The notes: a model not told the origin generated them from the letters alone. Numbered from the stretch's first letter, positions 26,321 to 35,717 are shown. The stretch is 64,000 nt of DNA from an uncultured Candidatus Saccharibacteria bacterium (GCA_964618625.1 CAZUBI010000001.1:164781-228780); one strand, 5' to 3'. A program made the numbers and translations.

Positions 26321-26806
26321 TTAATCATTTTCAAGGTCTCCACTGTGTAAAATTCTCTTACTTGTTACTTTATCAACGCCCCAAAATGGAACTACGCTCC
26401 AAAAATGCTTTTCTCCGCCTAACACTTGTTTAATAATCACTTTTAGTCTTATAGTATCTATAACTGCAGTAAATTCATAATATATTACATCTTTCATAAC
26501 CTGCTCCCACCTGCTATTCATCTTTTGAACTTCAAATCTTCTTATTTGCCAAATACCTTGTAAAGTATGGGATCGTTTTAAAACTTCTGGCGCGAAATGA
26601 ATAAGTTTTAATCTTGAGTATTGATCTTTTTTAGGTCTGGCTTGCCTATTTGATTTAAATTTTAAATGTTTTAATCCTTTTGTGTTAAAAGCAATTTTTT
26701 CTTTAAAATAGGGGCAATAAATATCATTAATTGTTTTATAGAATTTTTCTGCTCCATTTTTAACTTTTAAAAAATCTTTTTCATCTTTAAAATTAAATTT
26801 TCCCAT
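26321..26806 (-). CDS. hypothetical protein
   Basis: 161 aa ORF; extended -10 TGATATAAT about 70 nt upstream on the minus strand. Confidence 0.55.
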   Translation of the reverse strand: MGKFNFKDEKDFLKVKNGAEKFYKTINDIYCPYFKEKIAFNTKGLKHLKFKSNRQARPKKDQYSRLKLIHFAPEVLKRSHTLQGIWQIRRFEVQKMNSRWEQVMKDVIYYEFTAVIDTIRLKVIIKQVLGGEKHFWSVVPFWGVDKVTSKRILHSGDLEND

Positions 26807-27051
26807 ATACTAAAAACATATCTTTTAATTTTCCCCATCAGTATGGTTCGACTTCACTCACCACAAGCTTTGTTTTTATTATGTAGTTATATTATATCAT
26901 AATCATGGTATATTCTTACCATAAATCAGGTTTTTATTTTGTTTACTCTTCTTTTAATAATTGCGCAAGAATCGCGCAAGAATCGCGCAAACAAAACCCA
27001 TTGTTTTCTCTTTATATTTTACCCTTATTAAGAGGTGTTTTCAAACCTCAA

Positions 27052-27145
27052 AAAACAAAAAAAGCCCTTAATTAGGCTTAAAATTTTGAAATGTTTGGGA
27101 AGGAGTAAAATATTATGATTTTCATAATACTTTACTCCTTCTATT
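27052..27145 (-). terminator. conserved 3' element T3
   Basis: AAAAAAAGCCCTTAATTAGGCTTAAAATTTTGAAATGTTTGGGAAGGAGTAAAATATTATGATTTTCATAATACTTTACTCCTTC. Confidence 0.6.
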
Positions 27146-27173
27146 CTTTATAAATACGTGTTCTTTAGGGAAA

Positions 27174-27530
27174 TTAAACAAAATCCTCAATTTTTGGCCC
27201 CCTCGAGGGATCAAATCCGATCCAAACTCCCTCGATCCAAGTTCCATTCTTGTTGAATCTTTTTCCAGCAGCTATTCTCTTTACAATCTTTTGTAAATTA
27301 CAGAGAATAGCTTTCCGTCTTCCAAGAATAAAAATTTTATCCACAAAAGGCCCAGTACTACCTCTACCACGCATATGCAACACTAAATTTAAGATTGAAC
27401 ATTGATTCTCGCTTAAAACTTTCTTAAGAACTTTTAAAATTTCCTCTTTGGTTGCTAATAAACTATCTTCTTTGGTCCCCGGGTCTTCCCACAAAGAAAT
27501 TTCCTTTGTGAGAATTTGTGGCATTCCCAT
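27174..27530 (-). CDS. hypothetical protein (module c cargo)
   Basis: ORF-track frame 27174-27590; likely start MGMPQ (ATG 27530) after AAGGAG SD; the first ~25 residues resemble those of module a. Confidence 0.55.
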   Translation of the reverse strand: MGMPQILTKEISLWEDPGTKEDSLLATKEEILKVLKKVLSENQCSILNLVLHMRGRGSTGPFVDKIFILGRRKAILCNLQKIVKRIAAGKRFNKNGTWIEGVWIGFDPSRGPKIEDFV

Positions 27531-27680
27531 TTCTTTTCTCCTTGTTCCCTTGCCTGTCGTTACCAATCCGATCAGGACTTTTGGGAACATATAAAATTAT
27601 CAAAGAACATTCTACTATTTATATAATGATATATTAATATATTTATATAATGGTATATTAATAATTGATTGTCAACAACT
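27531..27680 (-). promoter_or_regulatory. conserved promoter plus 5' leader (module c)
   Basis: TTGACA-atcaattattaatatac-CATTAT, then TGTTCTTTGATAATTTTA..AAGTCCTGATCGGATTGGTAACGACAGGCAAGGGAACAAGGAG ATG. Confidence 0.55.
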
Positions 27681-30277
27681 TAATCTTCGGTCTGGTGGCG
27701 GACAATGAAATAATGTTTTGCCGCTTCAATAAAACCTAATTCTATTATGCCCAGGGTAACAATAATTAACCAATCATAAACTCCTAATGGGGCAGTCTTT
27801 AAAAGTGTTTGAAATAAAGGCACATAAACAGCGACAACTAGCATTATTATTCCAATAATGACTGAACCTATTAAAAATTTGTTAGAGAAAAGATTTATGT
27901 GCCATAAATTCTTGCGTAAGCTTTTACAAGAAAAAACATAAAAAAGCGAATCTATAGTAAGGCAGGCAAAAATCATTGTCCTGATATAAGTAATATCAAA
28001 ACCTTGTTTCCATAACCAGAAGAATAATCCTAGAAGTATTAAATCAGTAATCACTCCGATAATCACAATTATGAATTTCATCTCTTTGGTTAACAAAGGA
28101 ACTTCATGAGCCGCAGGTTTCTGCTGCATTATTTCTTTTTCTTTCGGCTCAAAAGCCAAAGCCATACCAGGTAAGCCATCTTCTATTAAATTAACCCATA
28201 AGATCTGTACTGCTATTATTGGTAAAGGAAGCCCAACAAAAATACTGGTTCCTACTAAGATTATTTCAGTAAAACTATCTGAAAGCAGATAAGTAATAAC
28301 CTTTCTAATATTATCAATAATAACTCTTCCCTCTTCTATGGCTTTAACAATAATAGAAAAACTGTCATTTAATAGAATTAAATCAGAACTTTCTTTTGCC
28401 ACAGCTGTTCCAGAGCCTAAAGCTATTCCAATATCAGCTTTTTTCAAAGCTGGCGCGTCGTTTATTCCATCGCCAGTCATTGCTACAACTTCACCTTTGT
28501 CCTGCCAAGCGCCAATAATCCTCATTTTATGTTTAGGCTCTACTCTGGAATAAATCTGTATCTTATCCAAAATTTCTTCAAATTCTTTATCAGAAAGTTT
28601 ATCTAAATCCATTCCTTCTAAAATATTTTCTTTTGTTATTTTAAAGCCTAATTCTTCTGCAACAGCTTTAGCTGTTAATTTATGGTCGCCAGTAACAATA
28701 ATGGGTCTCATACCAGCTTTTCTACAAATTCGCATTGCTTGTTTCACCTCTTTGCGAATTGGATCACTTAAAGCAATAAAACCTGTAAAAATAAAATCAT
28801 AACAAAGAGCTTCTAATCCTTTAATTTCATAGGTTATATTCTCGCTTTTTTCAACTTTTCTGCATCCTGTGGCAAGTACGCGCAAGCCTTTGCCAGTTAA
28901 TTCTTTTAATTTTTCTTCTAATTTTCTCTTTTCTTGATCAGTTAAATTACTTCTTTCAAAAATTCTTTCTGGAGCGCCGCAAATATACAAATTCATTTCG
29001 CCTGATTCTTGATAAAAAGCAGCGGCAAATTTATTTATAGGATTAAAAGGAACTTCGGATAATTTACCTTCTTCCATCTTTTTCTTCATATTAATCAATC
29101 CATTTTCAATTCCAGCTTCTAATAAAGCCCTGTCTGTGGGCCTTCCCCTTAAAATCCATTTTTTCATAATATCATCGGGATTTTCAATAAACGCTTCTGA
29201 TGTTAAAACAGCTGATTTAAGAATCAAAGATTTATCACCAATTATTTCACTAACTTTCATTTTCCCTTTTGTTAAAGTCCCGGTTTTATCAGTACATATT
29301 ATGCTGGTATTTCCCAAAGTTTCTGCTGAAGATAGTTTTCTTATTAATCCTTTCTTTTTTAATACTTTTTGCATTCCTAAAGCTAAAATAACTGTTATTG
29401 CCACAGGCAATCCTTCAGGTATGGCGGAAACAGCAATAGCGACAGAAGTAGTAAACATTTCTACAAATTCTTTTCCCTTTATTATTCCCTCAAAAAAGAT
29501 AAAGGCACAAATAATAGTAATGCCTATTCCAATCATAGTTGAAAAACTTGTTAGTTTCTTCTGGTATGGAGTTTTTCTTTCTGGCGCCTCTTTTACCATT
29601 TTGGCAATCTTTCCAATCTCTGTATATATACCAGTATTTACCACAATCGCTTTGCCTTTCCCAGCTTCTATCACACATCCCATATAAACCATATTATCCC
29701 TGTCCATCAAATGCGTCTGGCCTAATAATGTTCTGGAAATTTTTTCTGATGGCAGCCACTCGCCAGTCAAAGCCATTTCATTAACTTTTAAGCCCTGGAA
29801 CTCAATAATTCTTGCATCTGCAGGAACTTTATCCCCAGGATTTAGAATAATAATATCTCCAGGAACTAATTCTTCAGAATTGATAATTTTTAAATTCCCA
29901 TTCCTGAGAACTTCGGATTCCTGTTTAACAACTTCTTTTAATGCTTTTAAAGCGTTTGAAGTTCTATTTTCCTGAACAAAACCAACTGTAGTATTTACAA
30001 GTATAGCCGCCCAAATAACAATAGTATCAGCAAACTCTTTTAAAAGTAAAGTAACAATTCCAGCAACTATTAGAATATAAACAAAGGGGCTATGAAACTG
30101 CTCCAAATATATTTTTAATTTTGATAATGGCTTTTCTTCAGGAAGCTTATTTTTGCCAAATTCTTTTTCACGGATTTTTATTTCTTCACCAGATAATCCT
30201 TGTTTTAAATCTGAGTTTAATATTTGTAATGCTTCCTGCCAAGAAAGACTATGCCACATTCTATTCATTAATATCAT
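27680..30277 (-). CDS. cation-transporting P-type ATPase, type II (Ca2+/Mg2+ family)
   Basis: 865 aa; DKTGTLT phosphorylation site, PEGLP in TM4, [11 protein letters not shown] hinge, 8-10 TM helices. Confidence 0.9.
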   Translation of the reverse strand: MILMNRMWHSLSWQEALQILNSDLKQGLSGEEIKIREKEFGKNKLPEEKPLSKLKIYLEQFHSPFVYILIVAGIVTLLLKEFADTIVIWAAILVNTTVGFVQENRTSNALKALKEVVKQESEVLRNGNLKIINSEELVPGDIIILNPGDKVPADARIIEFQGLKVNEMALTGEWLPSEKISRTLLGQTHLMDRDNMVYMGCVIEAGKGKAIVVNTGIYTEIGKIAKMVKEAPERKTPYQKKLTSFSTMIGIGITIICAFIFFEGIIKGKEFVEMFTTSVAIAVSAIPEGLPVAITVILALGMQKVLKKKGLIRKLSSAETLGNTSIICTDKTGTLTKGKMKVSEIIGDKSLILKSAVLTSEAFIENPDDIMKKWILRGRPTDRALLEAGIENGLINMKKKMEEGKLSEVPFNPINKFAAAFYQESGEMNLYICGAPERIFERSNLTDQEKRKLEEKLKELTGKGLRVLATGCRKVEKSENITYEIKGLEALCYDFIFTGFIALSDPIRKEVKQAMRICRKAGMRPIIVTGDHKLTAKAVAEELGFKITKENILEGMDLDKLSDKEFEEILDKIQIYSRVEPKHKMRIIGAWQDKGEVVAMTGDGINDAPALKKADIGIALGSGTAVAKESSDLILLNDSFSIIVKAIEEGRVIIDNIRKVITYLLSDSFTEIILVGTSIFVGLPLPIIAVQILWVNLIEDGLPGMALAFEPKEKEIMQQKPAAHEVPLLTKEMKFIIVIIGVITDLILLGLFFWLWKQGFDITYIRTMIFACLTIDSLFYVFSCKSLRKNLWHINLFSNKFLIGSVIIGIIMLVVAVYVPLFQTLLKTAPLGVYDWLIIVTLGIIELGFIEAAKHYFIVRHQTED

Positions 30278-30313
30278 TTTACTATCATTTTGCTGTATTC
30301 ACAAACAACAAAA

Positions 30314-30343
30314 AACCACTCTGTTTTTAATTTTGGAGTGGTT
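30314..30343 (-). terminator. intrinsic terminator downstream of the methyltransferase
   Basis: AACCACTC..GAGTGGTT 8-bp stem followed on the minus strand by TTTTTGTTGTTTG. Confidence 0.5.
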
Positions 30344-30414
30344 AATTAACTCTTTTAATTACTCCATTTCCATCTGAGCAAAAGGACAACGCAAATAAGG
30401 AAAATTATATTTTT

Positions 30415-30488
30415 TCAGAATTTTCCTTGTTTTATATTGTCTAAAAGATCTGCTAAAAGAGTGTTTTTGGTAATCTTTACCATTATTC
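30415..30488. repeat. ~73-bp direct repeat, copy 1 (flanks methyltransferase)
   Basis: CAGAATTTTCCTTGTTTTATATTGTCTAAAAGATCTGCTAAAAGAGTGTTTTTGGTAATCTTTACCATTATT; second copy at 31222-31296 with 3-4 mismatches. Confidence 0.8.
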
Positions 30489-30494
30489 CAGTCC

Positions 30495-31184
30495 TTATTT
30501 TCTAAAAATGTAAATCTGAATTTTCTCGATTACGGTTTTTTCCTCTAGGCCTTTGCCTTCCAATACTTTATGAATTCTGTTTACTAATATTTGTCTTTCT
30601 TCGTCATCTTTTGGAATTAATATATCTGACCACCAATCCAACATAGTATTATCAAGTTCTGTAATATCATTAAAAACCATATCTATTTGGCCAGTTTTAT
30701 ATTGGAGTAACTTATGACCATTTTGTTGCATATAGTTTTTTATGGTTGAAGCGGATTTTTTAATTCGTTCACCATGATTCTCATTCGGATCAAAAACCCT
30801 AAACAAATCATTTGTCACTGATCTTTCTGTTGGATCTATGAATATAAGCAAACCATTATCTTTAAGAACGCGCATAGCTTCGTTTAGCACATCTGTTTGT
30901 TTTTCATGGTCAATTTCGTGAAAACTAGATGAAAAAACGACATCAAAGAACTTATCATTAAATTTCAAATCGCTGGCATCCATTAATAAAAATTCAGTAT
31001 TTGGTGCAGAATTTTCTTTTATGTTCATATCAATAAACATTTGCAATAAATCAATGCTCTTAAGCGATTTTGCGTATTTTTGTATTATTTGCGTATAGCT
31101 ACCGTCACCACAACCAATTTCCAAAACATCTTTGTCTTTAGCTTGTTTGATTACATCCTCGACAATGTGCATATCTCTTTTCAT
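30495..31184 (-). CDS. class I SAM-dependent methyltransferase
   Basis: 229 aa; VLEIGCGDGSYT motif I; acidic motif II. Confidence 0.8.
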   Translation of the reverse strand: MKRDMHIVEDVIKQAKDKDVLEIGCGDGSYTQIIQKYAKSLKSIDLLQMFIDMNIKENSAPNTEFLLMDASDLKFNDKFFDVVFSSSFHEIDHEKQTDVLNEAMRVLKDNGLLIFIDPTERSVTNDLFRVFDPNENHGERIKKSASTIKNYMQQNGHKLLQYKTGQIDMVFNDITELDNTMLDWWSDILIPKDDEERQILVNRIHKVLEGKGLEEKTVIEKIQIYIFRK

Positions 31185-31221
31185 TTTATTATTTATTTAT
31201 TTTTTATATTTTACTAATTTT

Positions 31222-31296
31222 TCCAGAATTTTCCTTGTTTTAGTATTGTTTAAAAAATCTGCTAAAAGAGTGTTTTTGGTAATCTTTACCATTATT
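31222..31296. repeat. ~73-bp direct repeat, copy 2
   Basis: CCAGAATTTTCCTTGTTTTAGTATTGTTTAAAAAATCTGCTAAAAGAGTGTTTTTGGTAATCTTTACCATTATT. Confidence 0.8.
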
Positions 31297-31485
31297 TTAA
31301 ATGTCGGAGATAAGTTGAAACCTTAAAATCTTTCTATATTTTTAGTTTAACAAAAATATGAATGAAAGTAAATTTTTTAACCCATTGTTATACTATTGAC
31401 TCAAAATCTATTAGTTGCTAAACTAGAAATAGACCCATACCTGTGGTCGGGGTGTGGATAACTTGATTAATAGTCTTTAAAAACT

Positions 31486-31758
31486 ATGTCTAATCAAAAA
31501 GAAAAAACATTTATTAACTTTAAAAAAGCGCAGGGCTCAATTGCAAAAATTATTAAAATGGTTGAAAGCAATGAATACTGCATTAATATTATGCAGCAAA
31601 ATTTAGCAGTCATTGGGCTTTTAAAGTCCGCCCATCAAATGTTAATGGAAAATCATCTAAATACCTGTTTTAAAACAGCAATGGGAACAAAGAATGAGAA
31701 AAGAAAACAAGAAATGATCGAAGAAATTTTAAAGGTTACAAGATTGTTTAATAAATAA
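31486..31758 (+). CDS. csoR: CsoR/RcnR-family metal-sensing transcriptional repressor
   Basis: 90 aa; conserved Cys (YCINIM) and His/Cys (HLNTC) ligand positions of the DUF156 family; first gene of the copper island. Confidence 0.75.
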   Translation: MSNQKEKTFINFKKAQGSIAKIIKMVESNEYCINIMQQNLAVIGLLKSAHQMLMENHLNTCFKTAMGTKNEKRKQEMIEEILKVTRLFNK

Positions 31759-31779
31759 GCTTAAGAAATATAATTTACG

Positions 31780-33492
31780 ATGCTTAAAAAAACTAAAATT
31801 CAAATTGAAAATATCCGCTCGGAAAACGATAAAGCGTTGATTGAGACTGAAGTTGATATTTTAGAAGGAGTAAAAGATATTAATATTAACGAAAAAAACG
31901 GCGAAACTATTATAGAATTTGATGACAATATTATTTCTTTAGATGAAATACGAAGAGTAATTAAAAAACTGGGTTTTCAAATAGAAAGCCAAGAAAAAAT
32001 CTTGTCAGTGCAAAAGGAGCATATTTATTTTGTTAAAGGAATGCACTGCGCTTCTTGTGAGGTTTTGATAGAAAAAAAATTATTAACTTTTAAACAGATA
32101 AAATCAGTTGAGGCATCGGCTGATAAGGGCAGAGTTTTTATTGTCTATGAAGGAGAGAGGCCAAGCACTGACAGATTAAACAAAAATTTTAGAAAAGAAA
32201 ATTATCTTTTCTTTGACCACCCAGCAAAAATCACAGAGAAAAAAGAAGGGAACAACTTTTTCATAATCGCTGGCACGGCGTTATTTATTATCATCGGATT
32301 TTTTATTATTAAAAACAGCGGCTTTACCGGTTTGATAAATGTTAATTCAACTTCATCTTTGCCTACGTTCTTTTTCTTGGGGCTATTGGCCGGAGTTTCT
32401 AGCTGCGCGGCTTTGGTTGGTGGCTTGGTTCTTTCAATGTCAAAACAATGGCTTCAAATGTATTCTGAAAAAAACTCAACTTTAGAAAAACTTCAGCCCC
32501 ATTTAATGTTTAATATCGGAAGAATTGTTTCTTATGCTCTTTTAGGAGGCGTTATTGGCGCCATCGGCAGTAAATTTCAAATCTCTTTAACTTTTACTTC
32601 TGTTTTAATTATCGCTGTTTCTATAATGATGTTCTTTTTAGCTTTACAAATGTTAGGGGTAAAAGCTTTCCGAAAATTTCAGTTTACAATGCCTAAATTT
32701 ATAACCAGACGCATTGTTGATGAAACTAAATTCCAAGGAAAATACATGCCATTTCTAATGGGAGCGCTGACTTTTTTTCTGCCTTGCGGTTTTACCATTA
32801 CTGCCCAAGGACTGGCTTTAATTTCCGGAAACGCGGTTCAGGGCGCTTTAATTATGCTTTTCTTTGCCCTGGGAACATTGCCGGCACTTCTGGCAATTGG
32901 ATTATCGGCGGTTAAATTTTTTGAGAAGCCTCATTTGTCCTATAAATTTCTAAAAGTTGCCGGCGTTCTGGTTTTGTTTTTCGCTTTATACAATATTAAT
33001 TCCCAATTAAATGTTTTGGGATTTTCCAGTTTTAGCGATATAAAACCGAACTTTATTGGTCGGCAAAATGAAGAGGGATTGCCGCCGATTGTTAACGGCA
33101 AACAGGTTATAAAGATGGATGCCTTGAGTTTTGGCTATAAACCAAATTATTTTAAGGTCAAAGTCGGAGTTCCTGTCAGATGGGAAATTAGTGATAAAGG
33201 AACAAGCGGATGTACTAACGCCATTATTTCCAAAGGCCTATTTAAAGAAGAAATTCCTCTTACTCCGGGCCAGACAAGTATTACAGAATTTACGCCGGCA
33301 AAGCCGGGAAAGTATAAATTTAGTTGTTGGATGGGGATGGTTTCTGGCATTATAGAGGTAGTTGACGGTAAAATTGCAGCAAAAAACCCTGTCGCTAATG
33401 TTCAAGCCGCCAACGGGGACGATGATATTATCCCCTCCGGCGCCAAAGGATGCGGCTGCGGCGGCGAAAGCGGCAGCTGCGGCGCAAGATAA
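31780..33492 (+). CDS. HMA-domain / CcdA-TauE-like membrane domain / cupredoxin-like fusion protein
   Basis: 570 aa; GMHCASC HMA site, TM helices with GLLAGVSSC and FFLPCG cysteines, C-terminal cupredoxin-like domain (FSCWMGM) and a GCGCGGESGSCGA tail. Confidence 0.65.
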   Translation: MLKKTKIQIENIRSENDKALIETEVDILEGVKDININEKNGETIIEFDDNIISLDEIRRVIKKLGFQIESQEKILSVQKEHIYFVKGMHCASCEVLIEKKLLTFKQIKSVEASADKGRVFIVYEGERPSTDRLNKNFRKENYLFFDHPAKITEKKEGNNFFIIAGTALFIIIGFFIIKNSGFTGLINVNSTSSLPTFFFLGLLAGVSSCAALVGGLVLSMSKQWLQMYSEKNSTLEKLQPHLMFNIGRIVSYALLGGVIGAIGSKFQISLTFTSVLIIAVSIMMFFLALQMLGVKAFRKFQFTMPKFITRRIVDETKFQGKYMPFLMGALTFFLPCGFTITAQGLALISGNAVQGALIMLFFALGTLPALLAIGLSAVKFFEKPHLSYKFLKVAGVLVLFFALYNINSQLNVLGFSSFSDIKPNFIGRQNEEGLPPIVNGKQVIKMDALSFGYKPNYFKVKVGVPVRWEISDKGTSGCTNAIISKGLFKEEIPLTPGQTSITEFTPAKPGKYKFSCWMGMVSGIIEVVDGKIAAKNPVANVQAANGDDDIIPSGAKGCGCGGESGSCGAR

Positions 33493-33521
33493 AAATTTAT
33501 TAAAATAATTAAATTCAAATT

Positions 33522-34496
33522 ATGAAAAAAGCAAAATTTAAAATTCATGGCATGTATTGCAACTCCTGCGCCATTCTTATTCAAGAAAGATTAAAAAATC
33601 TGCCGGGTGTGATTCAAGTAAAAATAAATCATGAGTCGGAAAAAGGCGTGATAGCTTACGATGAAAATGCGATTGAAGAAACGGAAATTCAGAGTGAGAT
33701 TGAAAGCGTCGGTGAATACAGCGTTGAAAAAATTGAAGACACAGAAAAAGAAAAAAATATTAAAGAAGATTATTTTCAGACCTTGGAAAAGAAGAAAGAT
33801 TATTCTCGTCCCAATCTTTCTATACCAATCTCCATAATTATCGCAGGCTTGATTATCGGAGGGGCAGTTATTATCAGTAGTGGAAATGTAAATATCGGTA
33901 AAGAAATTGCCACCACTGGACAAATAGCCCAAAATTTGCCCGTTAACGATACTCAACCGCCCGAAGTGCCAGCAATTGCTCAATTTGACATTACAAAAAA
34001 CGACCATATTCGCGGCGATTTCAATGCGCCGATTACTTTGGTTGAATTTTCTGATTTTGAATGTCCGTTCTGCGCCAGACATAATCCAACTCTGATTAAA
34101 ATTTTAGACGATTATAAGGGAAAGGTCAGGTTAGTTTATAAACATTTTCCTTTGGGATTCCATTCAAACGCTCAAAAAGCGGCCGAGGCCTCGGAGTGCG
34201 CCAGCGAGCAAGGCAAGTTTTGGGAATATCACGATAAATTATTTGAAAATTTAGCTACAAGCGGTTATAGTCTCGTGAATTTTAAACAATGGGCGAAGGA
34301 TTTGGGTCTTAATTCAAAGAAGTTTGACGATTGTCTTGATTCGGGAAAATTCGCTCAAAAAGTTCAGGCTGATTTTCAGGAAGGATCACAAAAAGGAGTA
34401 AACGGAACGCCAGCCACTTTTGTTAACGGCCAGTTTGTAAGCGGCGCCTTACCTTATGATTCGTTCAAGCAGATAATTGATTCATTGTTGCGATAA
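33522..34496 (+). CDS. HMA-domain protein fused to a membrane-anchored thioredoxin/DsbA-like domain
   Basis: 324 aa; GMYCNSC HMA site, one TM helix, FSDFECPFCAR CxxC thioredoxin fold. Confidence 0.75.
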   Translation: MKKAKFKIHGMYCNSCAILIQERLKNLPGVIQVKINHESEKGVIAYDENAIEETEIQSEIESVGEYSVEKIEDTEKEKNIKEDYFQTLEKKKDYSRPNLSIPISIIIAGLIIGGAVIISSGNVNIGKEIATTGQIAQNLPVNDTQPPEVPAIAQFDITKNDHIRGDFNAPITLVEFSDFECPFCARHNPTLIKILDDYKGKVRLVYKHFPLGFHSNAQKAAEASECASEQGKFWEYHDKLFENLATSGYSLVNFKQWAKDLGLNSKKFDDCLDSGKFAQKVQADFQEGSQKGVNGTPATFVNGQFVSGALPYDSFKQIIDSLLR

Positions 34497-34500
34497 AATT

Positions 34501-35712
34501 ATGGACATAGATAAAATTAGACCGGATTTTCCCTTGTTGCAAACGAAGATTAATGGGAAATCTATAATTTATTTTGATAACGCCTGCCAGTCATTGCGTC
34601 CTTGGCGGGTTATTAATGCCATAAATGATTATTATCAAAAATATTCGGCTTGCGGTGGCCGCAGTGTTCATAAATTAGGAGAATTAGTGACTCAAAAATG
34701 TGATGAATCAAGAAGGGTGGTCGCTGATTTTATCGGCGCCAGAAGAAAGGAAGAAATAATCTTTACCCGTAATACCACTGAAGGAATAAATTTGGTTGCC
34801 CAGTCACTAGGATTAAAAAGGGGAGATATTGTTTTAACTACCGACAAAGAACATAATTCCAATTTGATCCCCTGGCAGATTTTGGCAAAAAATATCGGGA
34901 TTATCCACAAGATAGTTCCTTCAAAAAAAGACAACACTTTTGATTTGAAAAAATTCACAGAGATGATGAGCGAGCGAATAAAATTGGTTTCAATGGTTTG
35001 GACATCCAACTTAGATGGAGTGACAATTCCGGCGCGAGAAATAATTAATATTGCCCACAAAAAAGGAGCAATCGTATTGCTGGATGCCGCTCAGACTGCC
35101 TCACACCAGAAGATTGATGTGGCAATGCTGGATGTGGATTTTTTAGCTTTTTCCGGTCATAAAATGCTCGGACCATCCGGCATGGGAGTATTATACGGGA
35201 AATATCACCTTTTAGAGGAATTAGATCCTTTTTTGGTCGGCGGAGAAACGGTTGAATCTTCAACTTACGAAAATCATAAATTGCTTCCGCCGCCGGAAAA
35301 ATTTGAAGCTGGATTACAGGATTTTGCCGGCATCATTGGATTGGGCGAAGCGGTTAAATATCTGCAACAAATCGGCTTTAAAGACATAATCCGGCAAGAA
35401 TTAGAATTAAACAAATTTATTACAGAAGAAATAAGCAAAATTCCTTCAGTGAGAATTATCGGACCGCTTGATCCGGCGTTGCGGGGTGGAATTATTTCTT
35501 TCTGGGTTGAAGGAATGGATTCTCATCAAGTAGCTTTGGTTATGGATGAAATGAGCGGGATAATGATTCGCTCCGGTCAGCACTGCGTCCATTCATGGTT
35601 TAATGCCCATCAGATCAAAAGCTCTGTAAGAGCTTCCTTGTATTTCTATAATATGATCGCGGAAGCGAAAATCTTTGTAGAGAGCTTAAATAAAATTATT
35701 AAATTAATATAA
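34501..35712 (+). CDS. cysteine desulfurase (class V aminotransferase, SufS/NifS-like)
   Basis: ORF-track frame starts 34477; PLP-lysine region SGHKMLGPSGMGVLYG; conserved C-terminal Cys (SGQHCVHS). Confidence 0.85.
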   Translation: MDIDKIRPDFPLLQTKINGKSIIYFDNACQSLRPWRVINAINDYYQKYSACGGRSVHKLGELVTQKCDESRRVVADFIGARRKEEIIFTRNTTEGINLVAQSLGLKRGDIVLTTDKEHNSNLIPWQILAKNIGIIHKIVPSKKDNTFDLKKFTEMMSERIKLVSMVWTSNLDGVTIPAREIINIAHKKGAIVLLDAAQTASHQKIDVAMLDVDFLAFSGHKMLGPSGMGVLYGKYHLLEELDPFLVGGETVESSTYENHKLLPPPEKFEAGLQDFAGIIGLGEAVKYLQQIGFKDIIRQELELNKFITEEISKIPSVRIIGPLDPALRGGIISFWVEGMDSHQVALVMDEMSGIMIRSGQHCVHSWFNAHQIKSSVRASLYFYNMIAEAKIFVESLNKIIKLI

Positions 35713-35717
35713 ATCCA

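Noticed and set aside
26838-26870. GGTTCGACTTCACTCACC as a tRNA fragment
   Set aside because: The T-loop match is partial and the flanking sequence cannot form T- or acceptor stems.
27052-27145. Tiny ORF (MKIIIFYSFPNISKF) with perfect SD inside the T3 hairpin
   Set aside because: It is not conserved in T1 or T2, which have no ATG in the equivalent position. The SD-like GGAGG is part of the hairpin stem.
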